Shown here piece after piece: positions 19,571 through 29,784 of a DNA stretch of 64,000 nt. Where the stretch lies: contig CAZXTN010000003.1 in NCBI GenBank assembly GCA_964643685.1, forward strand, positions 15,895 to 79,894, given 5' to 3'. This stretch comes from Candidatus Micrarchaeota archaeon. GTDB taxonomy: Archaea; B1Sed10-29; JAJRYS01. Positions within the stretch are counted from its first letter, which is position 1. Each line of letters begins with the position of its first letter. Under the pieces are notes generated by a model. That model was not told the origin of the DNA. It saw nothing but the letters and a program-made list of their open reading frames with translations, and did not search any database. The position numbers were made by a program, and so were the translations under genes.

Positions 19571-20488
19571 ATGGATTTTGAAAAATGCTTCAAGTTGCTG
19601 AATCCTGAAAGCAACAAAAGAGTAATAGTTGCAACTGCAGAGCCTGTTTCAGTTGCTTTGTATTTAGCAGGAAAAGCAAAAGAACAAGGCAAGGTAGTTG
19701 AAGCAACTGCCTTAACAGCGAACCTAGAAGAAGATAAAAGCATAAGAGACAAAGTATATGAAATTGAAGAAAAACACCCTGAATTAAAAGAAGTTATTGA
19801 AAAAGGCTTGCCTAAAACTGTTTTTGAAAAAACAAGTTTTGAGAACTTTCAGACAAAATTAAAATATGATTACTTGGTTTTTGAACAAAATAAAATTGAA
19901 AAAAAGCACTTTGAAAAAATAATAAGTTTAGGCATAAAAAAAGCAGTTGTTTCCCTTCCTTTATCTTATTTCATGCCAATGGAAGCTTATGAAACAAAAT
20001 TCTTCTTGATTAAAAAAAGAGCAATGAAAAGCTTGAAGCAGCTGCTTGAAGAAGCAGGAGCGCATATTAGTTATTACGACGCAGAAGGACAGTCTCTAAT
20101 TGTCGTGTTTGAAAGCATTGAAAAAGCACTTGAATTCAAGCAAGCTGGCTTGGAAAAAGCAAGCGAGGAAATTGTCAAAGAACTTGAAAAGTACTTGAAA
20201 TACGTGAAAGAAAACGCTGAATTTGCAGTGAAAAGCGAAGACGGAGAATACCTTTATTACATAAAAACAATGCAGGGGGAAAAAGGTTTTTTTGAATATG
20301 AATTGATTTACTTCAACGGAATGCATAAAATCTCTGTAAAAGACAAGAAAACAAAAGGAAAGAAGTATGAAATTGCCGTGCTTCCGAACACGCGTGTGTT
20401 TCAGAAAGAGCTTGAAAAAAAAGAAGTGATAATAACAACTAAAACAGAAGCAGTTAAATTATTTCAAGAAACTTACTCTCCTTATTAG
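19571..20488 (+). CDS. hypothetical protein
   Basis: 305-aa ORF, GAGGT RBS; no motif recognised. Confidence 0.7.
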   Translation: MDFEKCFKLLNPESNKRVIVATAEPVSVALYLAGKAKEQGKVVEATALTANLEEDKSIRDKVYEIEEKHPELKEVIEKGLPKTVFEKTSFENFQTKLKYDYLVFEQNKIEKKHFEKIISLGIKKAVVSLPLSYFMPMEAYETKFFLIKKRAMKSLKQLLEEAGAHISYYDAEGQSLIVVFESIEKALEFKQAGLEKASEEIVKELEKYLKYVKENAEFAVKSEDGEYLYYIKTMQGEKGFFEYELIYFNGMHKISVKDKKTKGKKYEIAVLPNTRVFQKELEKKEVIITTKTEAVKLFQETYSPY

Positions 20489-20569
20489 GCATAAGAAGGT
20501 AAAAACTAATTTAAACATGTAATGAGCAAGAAATAATCAGTAAAAAAAGGAGGAATATGAAAAGGAGGC

Positions 20570-21082
20570 GTGGAAATGGATTTTTTTAAAAAAAAGAAGA
20601 AAAAAGAAAATGATTTTTTCAGTGGTTTTTTCGACGATGATTTTAACAAGATTTTCAGCAACATGTTCAGAGACATACAGCAACAAATGGCTGAACTTGA
20701 AAAAAACATGCATGAAATGGAAAACCAGCCAGGAGTTAAGAAAAGAACTTATGGCTTCACTATGAAAATAGGGCCAGACGGGCATGTTAAAATAGAAGAA
20801 TTCGGCAACATTCCAACAGAAAAAACAAGCAAAAAAGCAAAACATCCTTTAAGGCAACCTTTAGTTGACGTAATGGACAGGGAAAAAGAAGTAGCAGTCA
20901 TAGCAGAACTTCCAGGCGTTTCAAAAAAAGACATTAAACTAAAGCTAAGCAAGGACAAGAAAAAACTTACGATAACAGCAGGAGACAAGTACTACAAAGA
21001 ACTTAAACTCCCTGCAAAAGTTAAAAAAATAGAAAAACAAACATACAAAAATGGAATTTTAGACGTAACTTTAAAAAAGTGA
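20570..21082 (+). CDS. hsp20: small heat shock protein Hsp20 (archaeal type)
   Basis: YGF...IGPDG...EEFGN, PLVDV, AELPGV.K.DI, YKNGILDV. Confidence 0.93.
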   Translation: MEMDFFKKKKKKENDFFSGFFDDDFNKIFSNMFRDIQQQMAELEKNMHEMENQPGVKKRTYGFTMKIGPDGHVKIEEFGNIPTEKTSKKAKHPLRQPLVDVMDREKEVAVIAELPGVSKKDIKLKLSKDKKKLTITAGDKYYKELKLPAKVKKIEKQTYKNGILDVTLKK

Positions 21083-21126
21083 AGCAGTACACGCCTTCCT
21101 TTTTTCCTTTTTAAAAAAATTGGTGA

Positions 21127-21603
21127 ATGTACAGAATGCCTGAATGCGAAATATGTGGCAGATACACTGACGACTTGTACACTATTGAAGTTGAAAGAGC
21201 AATCCTGCAAGTATGCAGGCAATGTTCTACAAAAGGCAAGTTCATAGCAAAAGTAAGAGAAGAGAAAAAACCAAAAAAAATAGTAATAGTTAATGAACAG
21301 CCAGTTGAAGAACTAATTGACAACTACGACGAGCTCGTGAAAAAAAAGAGAAAAGAAGCTGGATTCACTCAAGAAGAACTTGCTAAAAAAATAAACGAGC
21401 CGCTGTCAACAATTAAGAAAATAGAAAACGCGCAACTGCATCCAACTGAAAAAACAGCTAAAAAACTTGAAAAATTATTCGGAATAAAGTTGTATCAAAT
21501 TGTAAAAAAACAGGACATAGAACAGCCTTCAGTTAAAAAAACAGAGCAAGGGCATCTTACTCTTGCAGACGTAGTGAGGATAAAAAAGAAAAAAAGAGAG
21601 TGA
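21127..21603 (+). CDS. mbf1: multiprotein bridging factor aMBF1
   Basis: CEICG...VC..C zinc ribbon plus HTH (TQEELAKKINE). Confidence 0.9.
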   Translation: MYRMPECEICGRYTDDLYTIEVERAILQVCRQCSTKGKFIAKVREEKKPKKIVIVNEQPVEELIDNYDELVKKKRKEAGFTQEELAKKINEPLSTIKKIENAQLHPTEKTAKKLEKLFGIKLYQIVKKQDIEQPSVKKTEQGHLTLADVVRIKKKKRE

Positions 21604-21613
21604 ATTAATAAAA

Positions 21614-22894
21614 ATGAGTTACTTTACATGGGCGATAATAATTCTGCTGGCAACTGCCCCTGCCTGGCTTTTTAAAAAGTACTTGAAAATGGACACAGCA
21701 GGGCCAATAGTTCTTTGGAAAACAAAAAAAGGCACTGGAATTGTCAAGAAAATAGCTAAGTTCTCTTTCTTCACTTACTTAGCTGACTTGGGATTGATTT
21801 TTTCATTTGGATTAATAGGAGCTTATTACCTCTTGTTTTCAAAAGAGCACAAATACAAGTTAAAACACGTGCTTGTCATGTACTTTGTTTTTCTCGCTTC
21901 AGCTTTGATATTCACTGAACCAACTGCATTTGCTGGAAAAATAACTCATCTTGACTTCATAATCACTTTGTTCACAACCGGCTTCGGAGGATTCATGTTC
22001 TATTCCCTCCTATGGAGCACGTGGGTAGTTGCTTACCAGTATTACATAGGAACACAACCTGTTCCAATGGTTCAGCCAATAATACCAGGAGTAGACATTC
22101 CAGGAGCGCCTATAAAAGTTCCACTCAGCGCCTTAATTGGAATGGTTATACTTGTAATAGTCCACGAGTTCTCACATGGAGTACTTGCAATAAGAGAAAA
22201 AATAAAACTAAAAACACTTGGAGTAGCTACTCTTGGAATATTTCCAATAGGCGCTTTTGCAGAACCAGATGAAAAACAACTTGAAAAAACCACTCCTAAA
22301 AAAAGAATGAGAGTATACTCAGCTGGCTCAATGGCTAACTTTCTAACAGCAATGATTTTCCTGGCTTTACTAATCCCATCAACAGCATTAATCAACCCTT
22401 CATTAATGAATGATTATAGCACAAGTATAGTAACAGTAACACCTGGCTCGCCAGCTGACTTAGCTGGATTAAAACCAGGAATGAAAATATACGGCACAAG
22501 CTTTATAGAACAACCTAGAATACCTAACACGCCAATCACTTTAAAAACAAGCGAAGGAGAAAAAACTATAATCAGAAATGAGGAAGGAATGATTGGAATA
22601 ACTTACGACACTCATTTCCAGCTTACTTCAAACCAATTAAGCCACTGGATAAAATACTACTACTTGGAAATAATTACCTGGACTTTCCTGCTAAACTTAT
22701 TAGTTGGAATGTTCAACTACTTACCTTTTGCAATATTTGACGGCGCAAAACTATTCGAGGACTTGATAAACTTTTACGACTACAAGCTAAGAAGAAAAAA
22801 AGACAAAACACTAAGCAAAAAACTTCTTAAAGGAATATTTTGGATAATAGTAATTACTTTCATCATAAACTTCCTACCTTACTTCATAAAATAA
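21614..22894 (+). CDS. site-2 protease (M50) with PDZ-like insert
   Basis: HEFSHG, GAFAEPDE, AGS.AN, N.LP...FDG. Confidence 0.93.
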   Translation: MSYFTWAIIILLATAPAWLFKKYLKMDTAGPIVLWKTKKGTGIVKKIAKFSFFTYLADLGLIFSFGLIGAYYLLFSKEHKYKLKHVLVMYFVFLASALIFTEPTAFAGKITHLDFIITLFTTGFGGFMFYSLLWSTWVVAYQYYIGTQPVPMVQPIIPGVDIPGAPIKVPLSALIGMVILVIVHEFSHGVLAIREKIKLKTLGVATLGIFPIGAFAEPDEKQLEKTTPKKRMRVYSAGSMANFLTAMIFLALLIPSTALINPSLMNDYSTSIVTVTPGSPADLAGLKPGMKIYGTSFIEQPRIPNTPITLKTSEGEKTIIRNEEGMIGITYDTHFQLTSNQLSHWIKYYYLEIITWTFLLNLLVGMFNYLPFAIFDGAKLFEDLINFYDYKLRRKKDKTLSKKLLKGIFWIIVITFIINFLPYFIK

Positions 22895-22912
22895 AAAATT
22901 AAATTGCTTTTC

Positions 22913-23251
22913 ATGAACTCAAAACAACTGACAGACATCATTTACAAAGCAGCACGCGAAAAGAAAAATGAGGAAAAAATCAAATTCATTACAAACGCTG
23001 CAATCGGCTACCTCGAAGCAGCTTTAACCATTGCAAAAAAACAAGAAAACCCTTCAAAACAATTGCAGCAGGAAATGAGCAGCCACGCTTCAACAATACA
23101 AATACTTGAAAAGCTTCAAAACAAGTACTTGAAACTAATGAAACAAAACCCCCATAAAAAAAACATGTACGTGAAAGAATACTACGGCAGGGCATCATCA
23201 GTGCTGAAAAAACTGAAATTCACAGAAACAGAAGAACTCATAAAGAAATAA
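22913..23251 (+). CDS. hypothetical protein
   Basis: ORF track; helical, no motif. Confidence 0.6.
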   Translation: MNSKQLTDIIYKAAREKKNEEKIKFITNAAIGYLEAALTIAKKQENPSKQLQQEMSSHASTIQILEKLQNKYLKLMKQNPHKKNMYVKEYYGRASSVLKKLKFTETEELIKK

Positions 23252-23256
23252 TTTTC

Positions 23257-24192
23257 TTAATTTTTTAACTGCTCTTCAATCCTTTTTATTTTTTCAATTA
23301 ATTCTCTTCTTTTACTGCTTAATTCCTTTGCTTTTCCTTCATACTCCTTTAATGCTTTTTCAACTTCTTCCTTGTTTCTTAAAAACCTTTTCGTGCCTTT
23401 TAATGGGAAATGGCTGTTGAAGATTTTATGAAGCTCTTTTATTTTTCCTGAAGTTCTTTTATTCTTTTCAACAATACTCCTCATTAGATTTAAATCTGTT
23501 TCAGCTTGCTTTGCTTTCTCAGTATAATTTTTAGAAGCAATTTGCTTTTCAAGTTCTTTTAATTGAGTTTCCAAAACCTGCTTTTCTTTTATTAATTTTT
23601 CAGCTTGTTCAGGAGACAAAAGTTGCTTAGACCCTATGCCCTGCTTCAATTTCTTGCTTCTTTCTTTTCTGATTTTCTTCTCTTTTCTAATTCCTCTTGA
23701 GACAGAAGGATGAAAACGATGAAAAATAGACTTATCTTCAACTTCTTTTCCTGTCACTTGCTTTTTTGCTTTTTCAAGTTGCTGTTCATTTTTTTCAATT
23801 TCATTTTGAACTTCTTTTTTAAGAGCTTTTACAGCTTCAAGCATGGGGGAATAGCCAATTTTTCTTACTGCTGCTGGATTTTCCTTTGCTCTTTTTTTAA
23901 TTGCTTTAATGTAATTTTCAGAAATCCCTGCTAAACGAGCTTTTAAAACAAGATTGTTAAGTTCTTTATCAGATAAGGGAGAGGAGTCAGCAATATCCTC
24001 TCTTAATTTTTCTTCCTCTTCATTTAAGTATTGCCTTTTCTCCCATGGAAGAAGAGAGTTCATGTCCTCTATTAATTCATTAGAATAATTGTTTAAAATA
24101 AATTTTTTAGTGAGCCTTTCACGCGATTTCAAATTAGAAGAAGCATAACCAGAAGCAGGTCCGGAAGTATATCTCCTTGTTTTTCGCCCCAT
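23257..24192 (-). CDS. orphan K/R/E-rich coiled-coil protein
   Basis: 311-aa ORF, basic N-terminus MGRKTRR. Confidence 0.7.
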   Translation of the reverse strand: MGRKTRRYTSGPASGYASSNLKSRERLTKKFILNNYSNELIEDMNSLLPWEKRQYLNEEEEKLREDIADSSPLSDKELNNLVLKARLAGISENYIKAIKKRAKENPAAVRKIGYSPMLEAVKALKKEVQNEIEKNEQQLEKAKKQVTGKEVEDKSIFHRFHPSVSRGIRKEKKIRKERSKKLKQGIGSKQLLSPEQAEKLIKEKQVLETQLKELEKQIASKNYTEKAKQAETDLNLMRSIVEKNKRTSGKIKELHKIFNSHFPLKGTKRFLRNKEEVEKALKEYEGKAKELSSKRRELIEKIKRIEEQLKN

Positions 24193-24218
24193 AAAAAATC
24201 ACTCTTAATAAAAATTAA

Positions 24219-25073
24219 TTAAATTTCTTCATTTAAAAATCTTTGAATGTCTCTTAACAACCTTGCAGTACCCTTATTTTTAGGGTCCTTCAATGAACGA
24301 TACCTTGTTAAGTTTTTATCTATAAACTCTTCTGAAGTCAAAAACTTTTTAATCTCTTTTGAAGAAGCATTTTTAGGCAAAGCAAAAGTTTCAACAATCA
24401 CATTCTTTATTAACCTATTTTCAACAGCAGTGTCAAGCAAAGGGCTGGCTTTCTTAACCGCTTGCTTTTTTTTCATCTCTGCTTTTGTTAAAGGGTTTTC
24501 AAAACTTCTTTTCTGAACCCCTTGATTTGAATCAGAAGCCTTGCTTCTTTTCATCCACTGCAAGACTTTTTCTTTCCTTGAAGCCAAACGCTCTGTCAGC
24601 CTAGGCTGCAAATCCTCTTCAGAAAGACTACCCTTGACAGGAGTGACTCTTTCAGAAGCTTCAAGAGCCTGTTTTTCAAACCTTATCTGAGAACTGAGAA
24701 AATTACGAAACTTTTCAGCTTCTTCTGCAGCTGCTTTATTGAAAAGCTTAAAAGCTCTTTTCATCTCCTGCTTCTCTTCTCTTGTTGCCCCTTGCATGTC
24801 AGCTTGAAAAAGTCCTCTTAAATCAAAAGCTGTTTTGTAATCCTTTCTTAGTTCTTCAAGCCTTCTCACTCTTTCTTCAACAGGCAAGTTTTCAATTTCC
24901 TTCAAAATCTCATTCTGCAAGTTCTTTCTTTCTTCTTTGGAAACGGCCTTCGATTCCTCATAAAAAGCATTCTTCCCTCTTTTTATAACTTCGCCTGTAA
25001 CAGGATCTCTTTTAACTGGTTTTGGATATTTTTTATGGGTTATTTCTGAAACTCTTACTCCTCTTCTAGTCAT
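24219..25073 (-). CDS. orphan K/R/E-rich protein
   Basis: 284-aa ORF, N-terminus MTRRGVR; TATA-like box ~25 nt upstream. Confidence 0.7.
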   Translation of the reverse strand: MTRRGVRVSEITHKKYPKPVKRDPVTGEVIKRGKNAFYEESKAVSKEERKNLQNEILKEIENLPVEERVRRLEELRKDYKTAFDLRGLFQADMQGATREEKQEMKRAFKLFNKAAAEEAEKFRNFLSSQIRFEKQALEASERVTPVKGSLSEEDLQPRLTERLASRKEKVLQWMKRSKASDSNQGVQKRSFENPLTKAEMKKKQAVKKASPLLDTAVENRLIKNVIVETFALPKNASSKEIKKFLTSEEFIDKNLTRYRSLKDPKNKGTARLLRDIQRFLNEEI

Positions 25074-25188
25074 AAATTAATTATGAAAAAACAGGTATAA
25101 AAAACCAATTCAGTTGCTTGCAAAAAATATGCGTAAAAAGTCATGTTTAAGATAGTTTAATAAACAAAACAGGATATAAGAAAAAATA

Positions 25189-25956
25189 ATGGTAAAAAGA
25201 AGAAAAGATATAACAAGATTTAAAGAAAGTAAAGAACTAGAAAACAAATTCATAAAATTAATTAAAAGAGGAAAAATAACAGAAGAAGACTTGAGTATAA
25301 TAAAAGCAATTTTTGACAAAAGCAAAAATGAAGATTATAAAGCAAGCCAAGAAAGGAGAAGAAGGGCAGTAGATGAAGCAGAATTAAGAGCACAGAAAGA
25401 AGAAGTGCCTCTTGAAACAAGGAGAGTATTACTAGAATCTGCATTCAAAGGTGAAAAAATAATAGAAGCTTCAAGGCAATTAAAAGAAAAGCAGAAAGAG
25501 ATAGCAGAAAGAGTAAAGGAAACACCCGAAGAAAAAAGAGAAGAGCAACTTAGAAGAGAACTAGCAGAAATAAGACAAGCTAAAAAGAAAGCAAGAGAAG
25601 AAGAAGAGTACTTAATATACTCTGAATTAGAAAAGGATGTTGAAAAAGCCTTGAAAATGGCAAAAAGATTAAACAAAGAAGAAAAACAAGTTGAAGTAAA
25701 ACCAGAGCAAAAAGAAGCTGAAAAAATCAGGAAAAGATATTTCAAAACATCAGGTTATTTAGATGATGACATGAGAGCAATAAAAACAATGAATGCAATG
25801 AGAAAAGTAGCTGAAAAAACAAAAAAAATAACACCTGAAATAGCTAAAGTTATTAAAAAAGAAGCTGAGAAAGCAGGAATAAGCACTAATCTTTTATTAG
25901 CAGTAATAAAAGAAAAAAGACAGTTAACTAAAGAAGAAGAGGAGCTTCTAAAATAA
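25189..25956 (+). CDS. orphan K/R/E-rich coiled-coil protein
   Basis: 255-aa ORF, N-terminus MVKRRK. Confidence 0.7.
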   Translation: MVKRRKDITRFKESKELENKFIKLIKRGKITEEDLSIIKAIFDKSKNEDYKASQERRRRAVDEAELRAQKEEVPLETRRVLLESAFKGEKIIEASRQLKEKQKEIAERVKETPEEKREEQLRRELAEIRQAKKKAREEEEYLIYSELEKDVEKALKMAKRLNKEEKQVEVKPEQKEAEKIRKRYFKTSGYLDDDMRAIKTMNAMRKVAEKTKKITPEIAKVIKKEAEKAGISTNLLLAVIKEKRQLTKEEEELLK

Positions 25957-26023
25957 AAAGAAACAAAAACAACTTCGATTTCTTAACCTAAATTTTTATA
26001 TTAAAAAAACGCGTTTGTTTCTT

Positions 26024-27655
26024 ATGCCTCAAAAATTCATTTTCATAACAGGAGGAGTAATGTCAGGACTTGGAAAAGGCATTACAACTAGTTCTATAGG
26101 CAGGCTGTTGATGAGCAAAGGCTACACAGTAACAGCAATGAAAATAGACCCATACATAAACATAGACGCAGGCACAATGCGCCCAACAGAACACGGCGAA
26201 GTCTTCGTAACAAAAGACGGAGGAGAAATAGACCAAGACCTAGGCAACTACGAGCGATTCCTAGGAGTAGAACTTACAAAAGAAAGCAACCTCACAACAG
26301 GAAAAGTATACAAAAAAGTAATTGAAAAAGAAAGAAACGGCGATTACCTTGGAAAAACAGTGCAGCCAATACCACACATAACAAACGAAATAAAAAAAAC
26401 AATCAAAAAAAACGCAGGAAACAAAGACATCCTATTAATTGAAATAGGAGGAACAGTAGGAGACTACGAAAACGTATTATTCCTAGAAGCAGCAAGGCAA
26501 ATGAAACTAGAGCAAGGAAACGAAAACATTGCATACGTGCACGTAACACTGCTGCCAAAACCACCTTCCCTAGGCGAAGCCAAAACAAAGCCAACACAAC
26601 ACTCAGTTAAAATGCTAAACCAAATGGGAATACAGCCAGACTTCCTCGTATGCAGGACAACAAACGGAGGACTGGACGAGATAAGAAAAGAGAAATTATC
26701 GCTGTTCTGCAACATTCCAAAACAAAACATAATAGACAACCCAGACGTAAAAACAATATACGAAGTCCCATTATTATTTGACAAGCAAAACTTCGGGGAA
26801 AAAATACTCGAAAAACTAAACTTAAAGCCGAAAGGAAACGCGCTTTACCCATGGCAAGTGATTGTTGAAAAAATGAAAAAAGCAGACAAAGAAGTAAAAA
26901 TAGGGATGGTTGGCAAATACTTAAAAACAGGAGAAGGGCAATTAATCGACTCCTACATTTCAGTAAACGAGGCAATAAAACACGCGTGCGCTGAATTAAA
27001 CGCAAAGCCGAAAATCGTCTGGATAAGCGCGAAAGAAATAGAAGAAGATGAAAAAAAATTAAGTGAGTTAAAAGAACTTGACGCAGTGATAGTTCCAGGT
27101 GGATTTGGAAAAACAGGCATAGAAGGAAAAATAAAAACAATCCAATACTGCAGAGAAAACAACATCCCTTACCTCGGCTTATGCCTAGGACTGCAACTCG
27201 CAGTCATTGAATACGCTAGAAACAAATGCGGGTTAAAAGAAGCTAATTCAACTGAATTCAATGAAAACACTCCTTACCCAGTAATTGACTTCCTGCCAGA
27301 ACAAAGAAACATAATGAAAAAAGGAGGCACAATGAGGCTCGGTGAATACACTGCAATCCTAAAAGAAAACACAGCTGTAAAAAGGTTATATGAAAAGCTA
27401 GGGAGGATAGAAAACAAAAAAGAAGCTAAAGAAAGACACAGGCACAGGTACGAAGTCAACCCAGAATACCATGAAACTCTCATTGAAAACGGGCTAGTGA
27501 TTTCAGGAACAAGCCCTGATGGAAAATTAGTTGAATTCATAGAACTGCCAAGCCACAAGTACTTCATAGCTACACAAGCTCATCCTGAATTCACATCCAA
27601 GCCAGGCAACCCAAACCCCTTATTTTACGGATTAATAGAAGCAGCGCTTAAATAA
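26024..27655 (+). CDS. pyrG: CTP synthase
   Basis: GGVMSGLGKG, KIDPYIN.DAGTM.P.EHGE, KTKPTQHS, GLCLG, ERHRHRYE, QAHPEF. Confidence 0.98.
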   Translation: MPQKFIFITGGVMSGLGKGITTSSIGRLLMSKGYTVTAMKIDPYINIDAGTMRPTEHGEVFVTKDGGEIDQDLGNYERFLGVELTKESNLTTGKVYKKVIEKERNGDYLGKTVQPIPHITNEIKKTIKKNAGNKDILLIEIGGTVGDYENVLFLEAARQMKLEQGNENIAYVHVTLLPKPPSLGEAKTKPTQHSVKMLNQMGIQPDFLVCRTTNGGLDEIRKEKLSLFCNIPKQNIIDNPDVKTIYEVPLLFDKQNFGEKILEKLNLKPKGNALYPWQVIVEKMKKADKEVKIGMVGKYLKTGEGQLIDSYISVNEAIKHACAELNAKPKIVWISAKEIEEDEKKLSELKELDAVIVPGGFGKTGIEGKIKTIQYCRENNIPYLGLCLGLQLAVIEYARNKCGLKEANSTEFNENTPYPVIDFLPEQRNIMKKGGTMRLGEYTAILKENTAVKRLYEKLGRIENKKEAKERHRHRYEVNPEYHETLIENGLVISGTSPDGKLVEFIELPSHKYFIATQAHPEFTSKPGNPNPLFYGLIEAALK

Positions 27656-27690
27656 AGAACAAAAAACAATAAAAAAAATCAAGTGAGAAA

Positions 27691-28296
27691 ATGGCATTAA
27701 CTGATTTTGAAAAAAAAGAAAAAAAACAAGAAGCTTACGAAGTTATAAAACTGAAAAAAATCGTGAAAGGAATAAAAGCTTCAGAAGAAACAGAAGAAAA
27801 AAGAAACAGCAACGAACTTACCTTAATTTTTAAAAAACCTGATTTTTACCTTGAAACAAAAAAAGAAAATCATTACTCAATATGGCACAAGCCGACAATA
27901 ATACTTCCTTACGAAGAAAAAACAAGAGAAGAAAAACCTGACTTTGTTTTCATTGCTGAAAAAACAAAACACTTGTATACTCTGGAGAATCTTGAAAAAA
28001 AAATAAAAACTCATAAAAAGATGACTGAAAAAATGAAAAAAGAACTCAGCAAAGAACTTTTAAAAAAAATGAAAAAAATAAAACTGCTTTTATACATAAG
28101 AAAAAACTTGACTCAAAAAGAATTGACAAAAATAATCATTACAGCAAGTTACTTGAAACCAGAATACGCGGTAATAATTCTTGAAGAAAGCATGAAACCT
28201 TCAATTAAAATCGCCATGCCTGAGCAGATAAACTGCATTGAAAATACTGGAATAAACCAGCAGAAAGCAAAAAAAGCACTAAGGCAAGTGCTTTGA
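27691..28296 (+). CDS. hypothetical protein
   Basis: 201-aa ORF; KPDFVF faintly recalls a PD-(D/E)xK fold (unverified). Confidence 0.6.
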   Translation: MALTDFEKKEKKQEAYEVIKLKKIVKGIKASEETEEKRNSNELTLIFKKPDFYLETKKENHYSIWHKPTIILPYEEKTREEKPDFVFIAEKTKHLYTLENLEKKIKTHKKMTEKMKKELSKELLKKMKKIKLLLYIRKNLTQKELTKIIITASYLKPEYAVIILEESMKPSIKIAMPEQINCIENTGINQQKAKKALRQVL

Positions 28297-28329
28297 AACT
28301 AAGAAAATAGATTAGGCAACGTTAAAATG

Positions 28330-28577
28330 AAAAATTAGATTATATATTCTTTCATTCTTCTTTTGATCACCGAGCCGCGGGGGACTCACCGCCCCCCTCA
28401 ACTCTAGGTAACTCCTGCTCCCCCTGCTGACCACATGCGCTTCGCTTAGTGCTCATTTTTAGGGAATTCTTGAAAACTTTGAGTTTTCAAGTTTGCGAAG
28501 TTATATTTCGCATAATCTGATCTCCCTCCTTAATAATAAAAAAATTAGATTATATATTCTTTCATTCTTCTTTTGAT
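28330..28577 (-). repeat. perfect 38-bp direct repeat (28330-28367 = 28540-28577) of the regulator 3' end flanking a 172-bp palindromic insert
   Basis: AAAAATTAGATTATATATTCTTTCATTCTTCTTTTGAT present twice. Confidence 0.95.
28375..28455 (-). repeat. family-A palindromic element copy 2
   Basis: Reverse complement TGAGCACTAAGCGAAGCGCATGTGGTCAGCAGGGGGA...GTCCCCCGCGG matches 50490-50570. Confidence 0.9.
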
Positions 28578-29228
28578 TTCGTCAAGAGGAAGAACAGTAG
28601 TTACTAATGGAATTTTTTCAACCTCTGAAATCTTAAGAGCAACCTTGTCAACTTCAGAAATGTTATGAAGCACAACCATGGTAGGCTTCAATTTAGTTAC
28701 ACGGATTGCAATCAAAGGGCTTCTTCCCATTGAAACATTAGTGAAAATCAAAGCCCTTTCAGTAGTGTTGCCGTAAATTTTAATAAATTCATCAGCAGGC
28801 AGTTCAAGAATAGCGCGGATAGAATCAACAATAGTAAAGCCGTAAATTTTGGTTTTTTTCAGAACTGCTTCGTTTGAAATTATTCTCCCTTCAATTGATT
28901 TTACAAAATCCTTTGACTTCATTGACTTGGAAAAATCCTCCACGTCAAAAACTTCACTTGGCTTCTGCAATTGAAGCTTTTTATAAACCCAGCCTCCTTT
29001 CTGCCTGTCAATTTCAATAATGGCATTCACAAACCTTTTAATAATGCTTGCTCCTGGACTCTTTCTCCTATTCCCTTCATAATCAGAGATAGTTGAAGGA
29101 GTTACATTTAAAAAATCAGCTAATTCAGTTTGAGAAATTCCGAAAATTTCACGCCATTTTTTCAAAGAAGAGCCAGGGTTGTCACTTAAGGTAATTTCCC
29201 CTGCAATGTCAAGCAAAATCTTGTCCAT
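28545..29228 (-). CDS. XRE-family HTH transcriptional regulator (archaeal COG1709-like)
   Basis: IAGEITLS..PG..LKKWRE.F...Q, ISDYE..RRKSPG, RALIFTNVS.GRSP.IAIRV. Confidence 0.9.
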   Translation of the reverse strand: MDKILLDIAGEITLSDNPGSSLKKWREIFGISQTELADFLNVTPSTISDYEGNRRKSPGASIIKRFVNAIIEIDRQKGGWVYKKLQLQKPSEVFDVEDFSKSMKSKDFVKSIEGRIISNEAVLKKTKIYGFTIVDSIRAILELPADEFIKIYGNTTERALIFTNVSMGRSPLIAIRVTKLKPTMVVLHNISEVDKVALKISEVEKIPLVTTVLPLDEIKRRMKEYII

Positions 29229-29284
29229 TATCTACAATAAACGTAAAAGGGATTTAAAAAACAGTTAGTTTAAAAAGGGGGGTA

Positions 29285-29681
29285 GGAGAGGGGGAAAAAT
29301 TGGCTCACCCAGCCAAAGAAATCCTCTTTGTATATAAAAGAAGAATTGTTGCTAATCCTCTCCAAAAAATTGGACTATTTAAAAATTTAACAAGTCAAGT
29401 ATATAAAGGTTATGGTTAAATGAGCAGTTGAATTGGACAAATTTTCAATCAAATCTCATAAAATTGAATATTTTTGTATAAGTGAAGAATGTTAAGAAAT
29501 TTTATTGCAAGTTTGTCTATTTTCTAACAATAAGTTTATATATTTATTTAGTGTTGATTTTAATTAAGAACTGGAGGTGGTTTGAAATTAAACTCAAACC
29601 AGTTAGAACAATGTGAGAAGGGTTCAGGGGGAAAGGCTCACCCAGCCAATAGGGATTTTATTTGCTCCTTCCTCCCTTCTC
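29285..29681. repeat. two related structured elements sharing GGCTCACCCAGCCAA (29302-29316, 29635-29649)
   Basis: Exact 15-nt match, each enclosed by purine/pyrimidine outer stems. Confidence 0.7.
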
Positions 29682-29784
29682 CAACTTCACCCTTTTTTTC
29701 AGAATTTCTTGTTTTTTAAGAAAAAGGGATTAGTCTAGGTTTTTCTGCTGGATAGTGTTTTAAAGAAAAAAGAGAGAGAGGGTT

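Noticed and set aside
25106-25118. CAATTCAGTTGCT also present near 55334
   Set aside because: 13-bp match with no extended similarity; plausibly chance.
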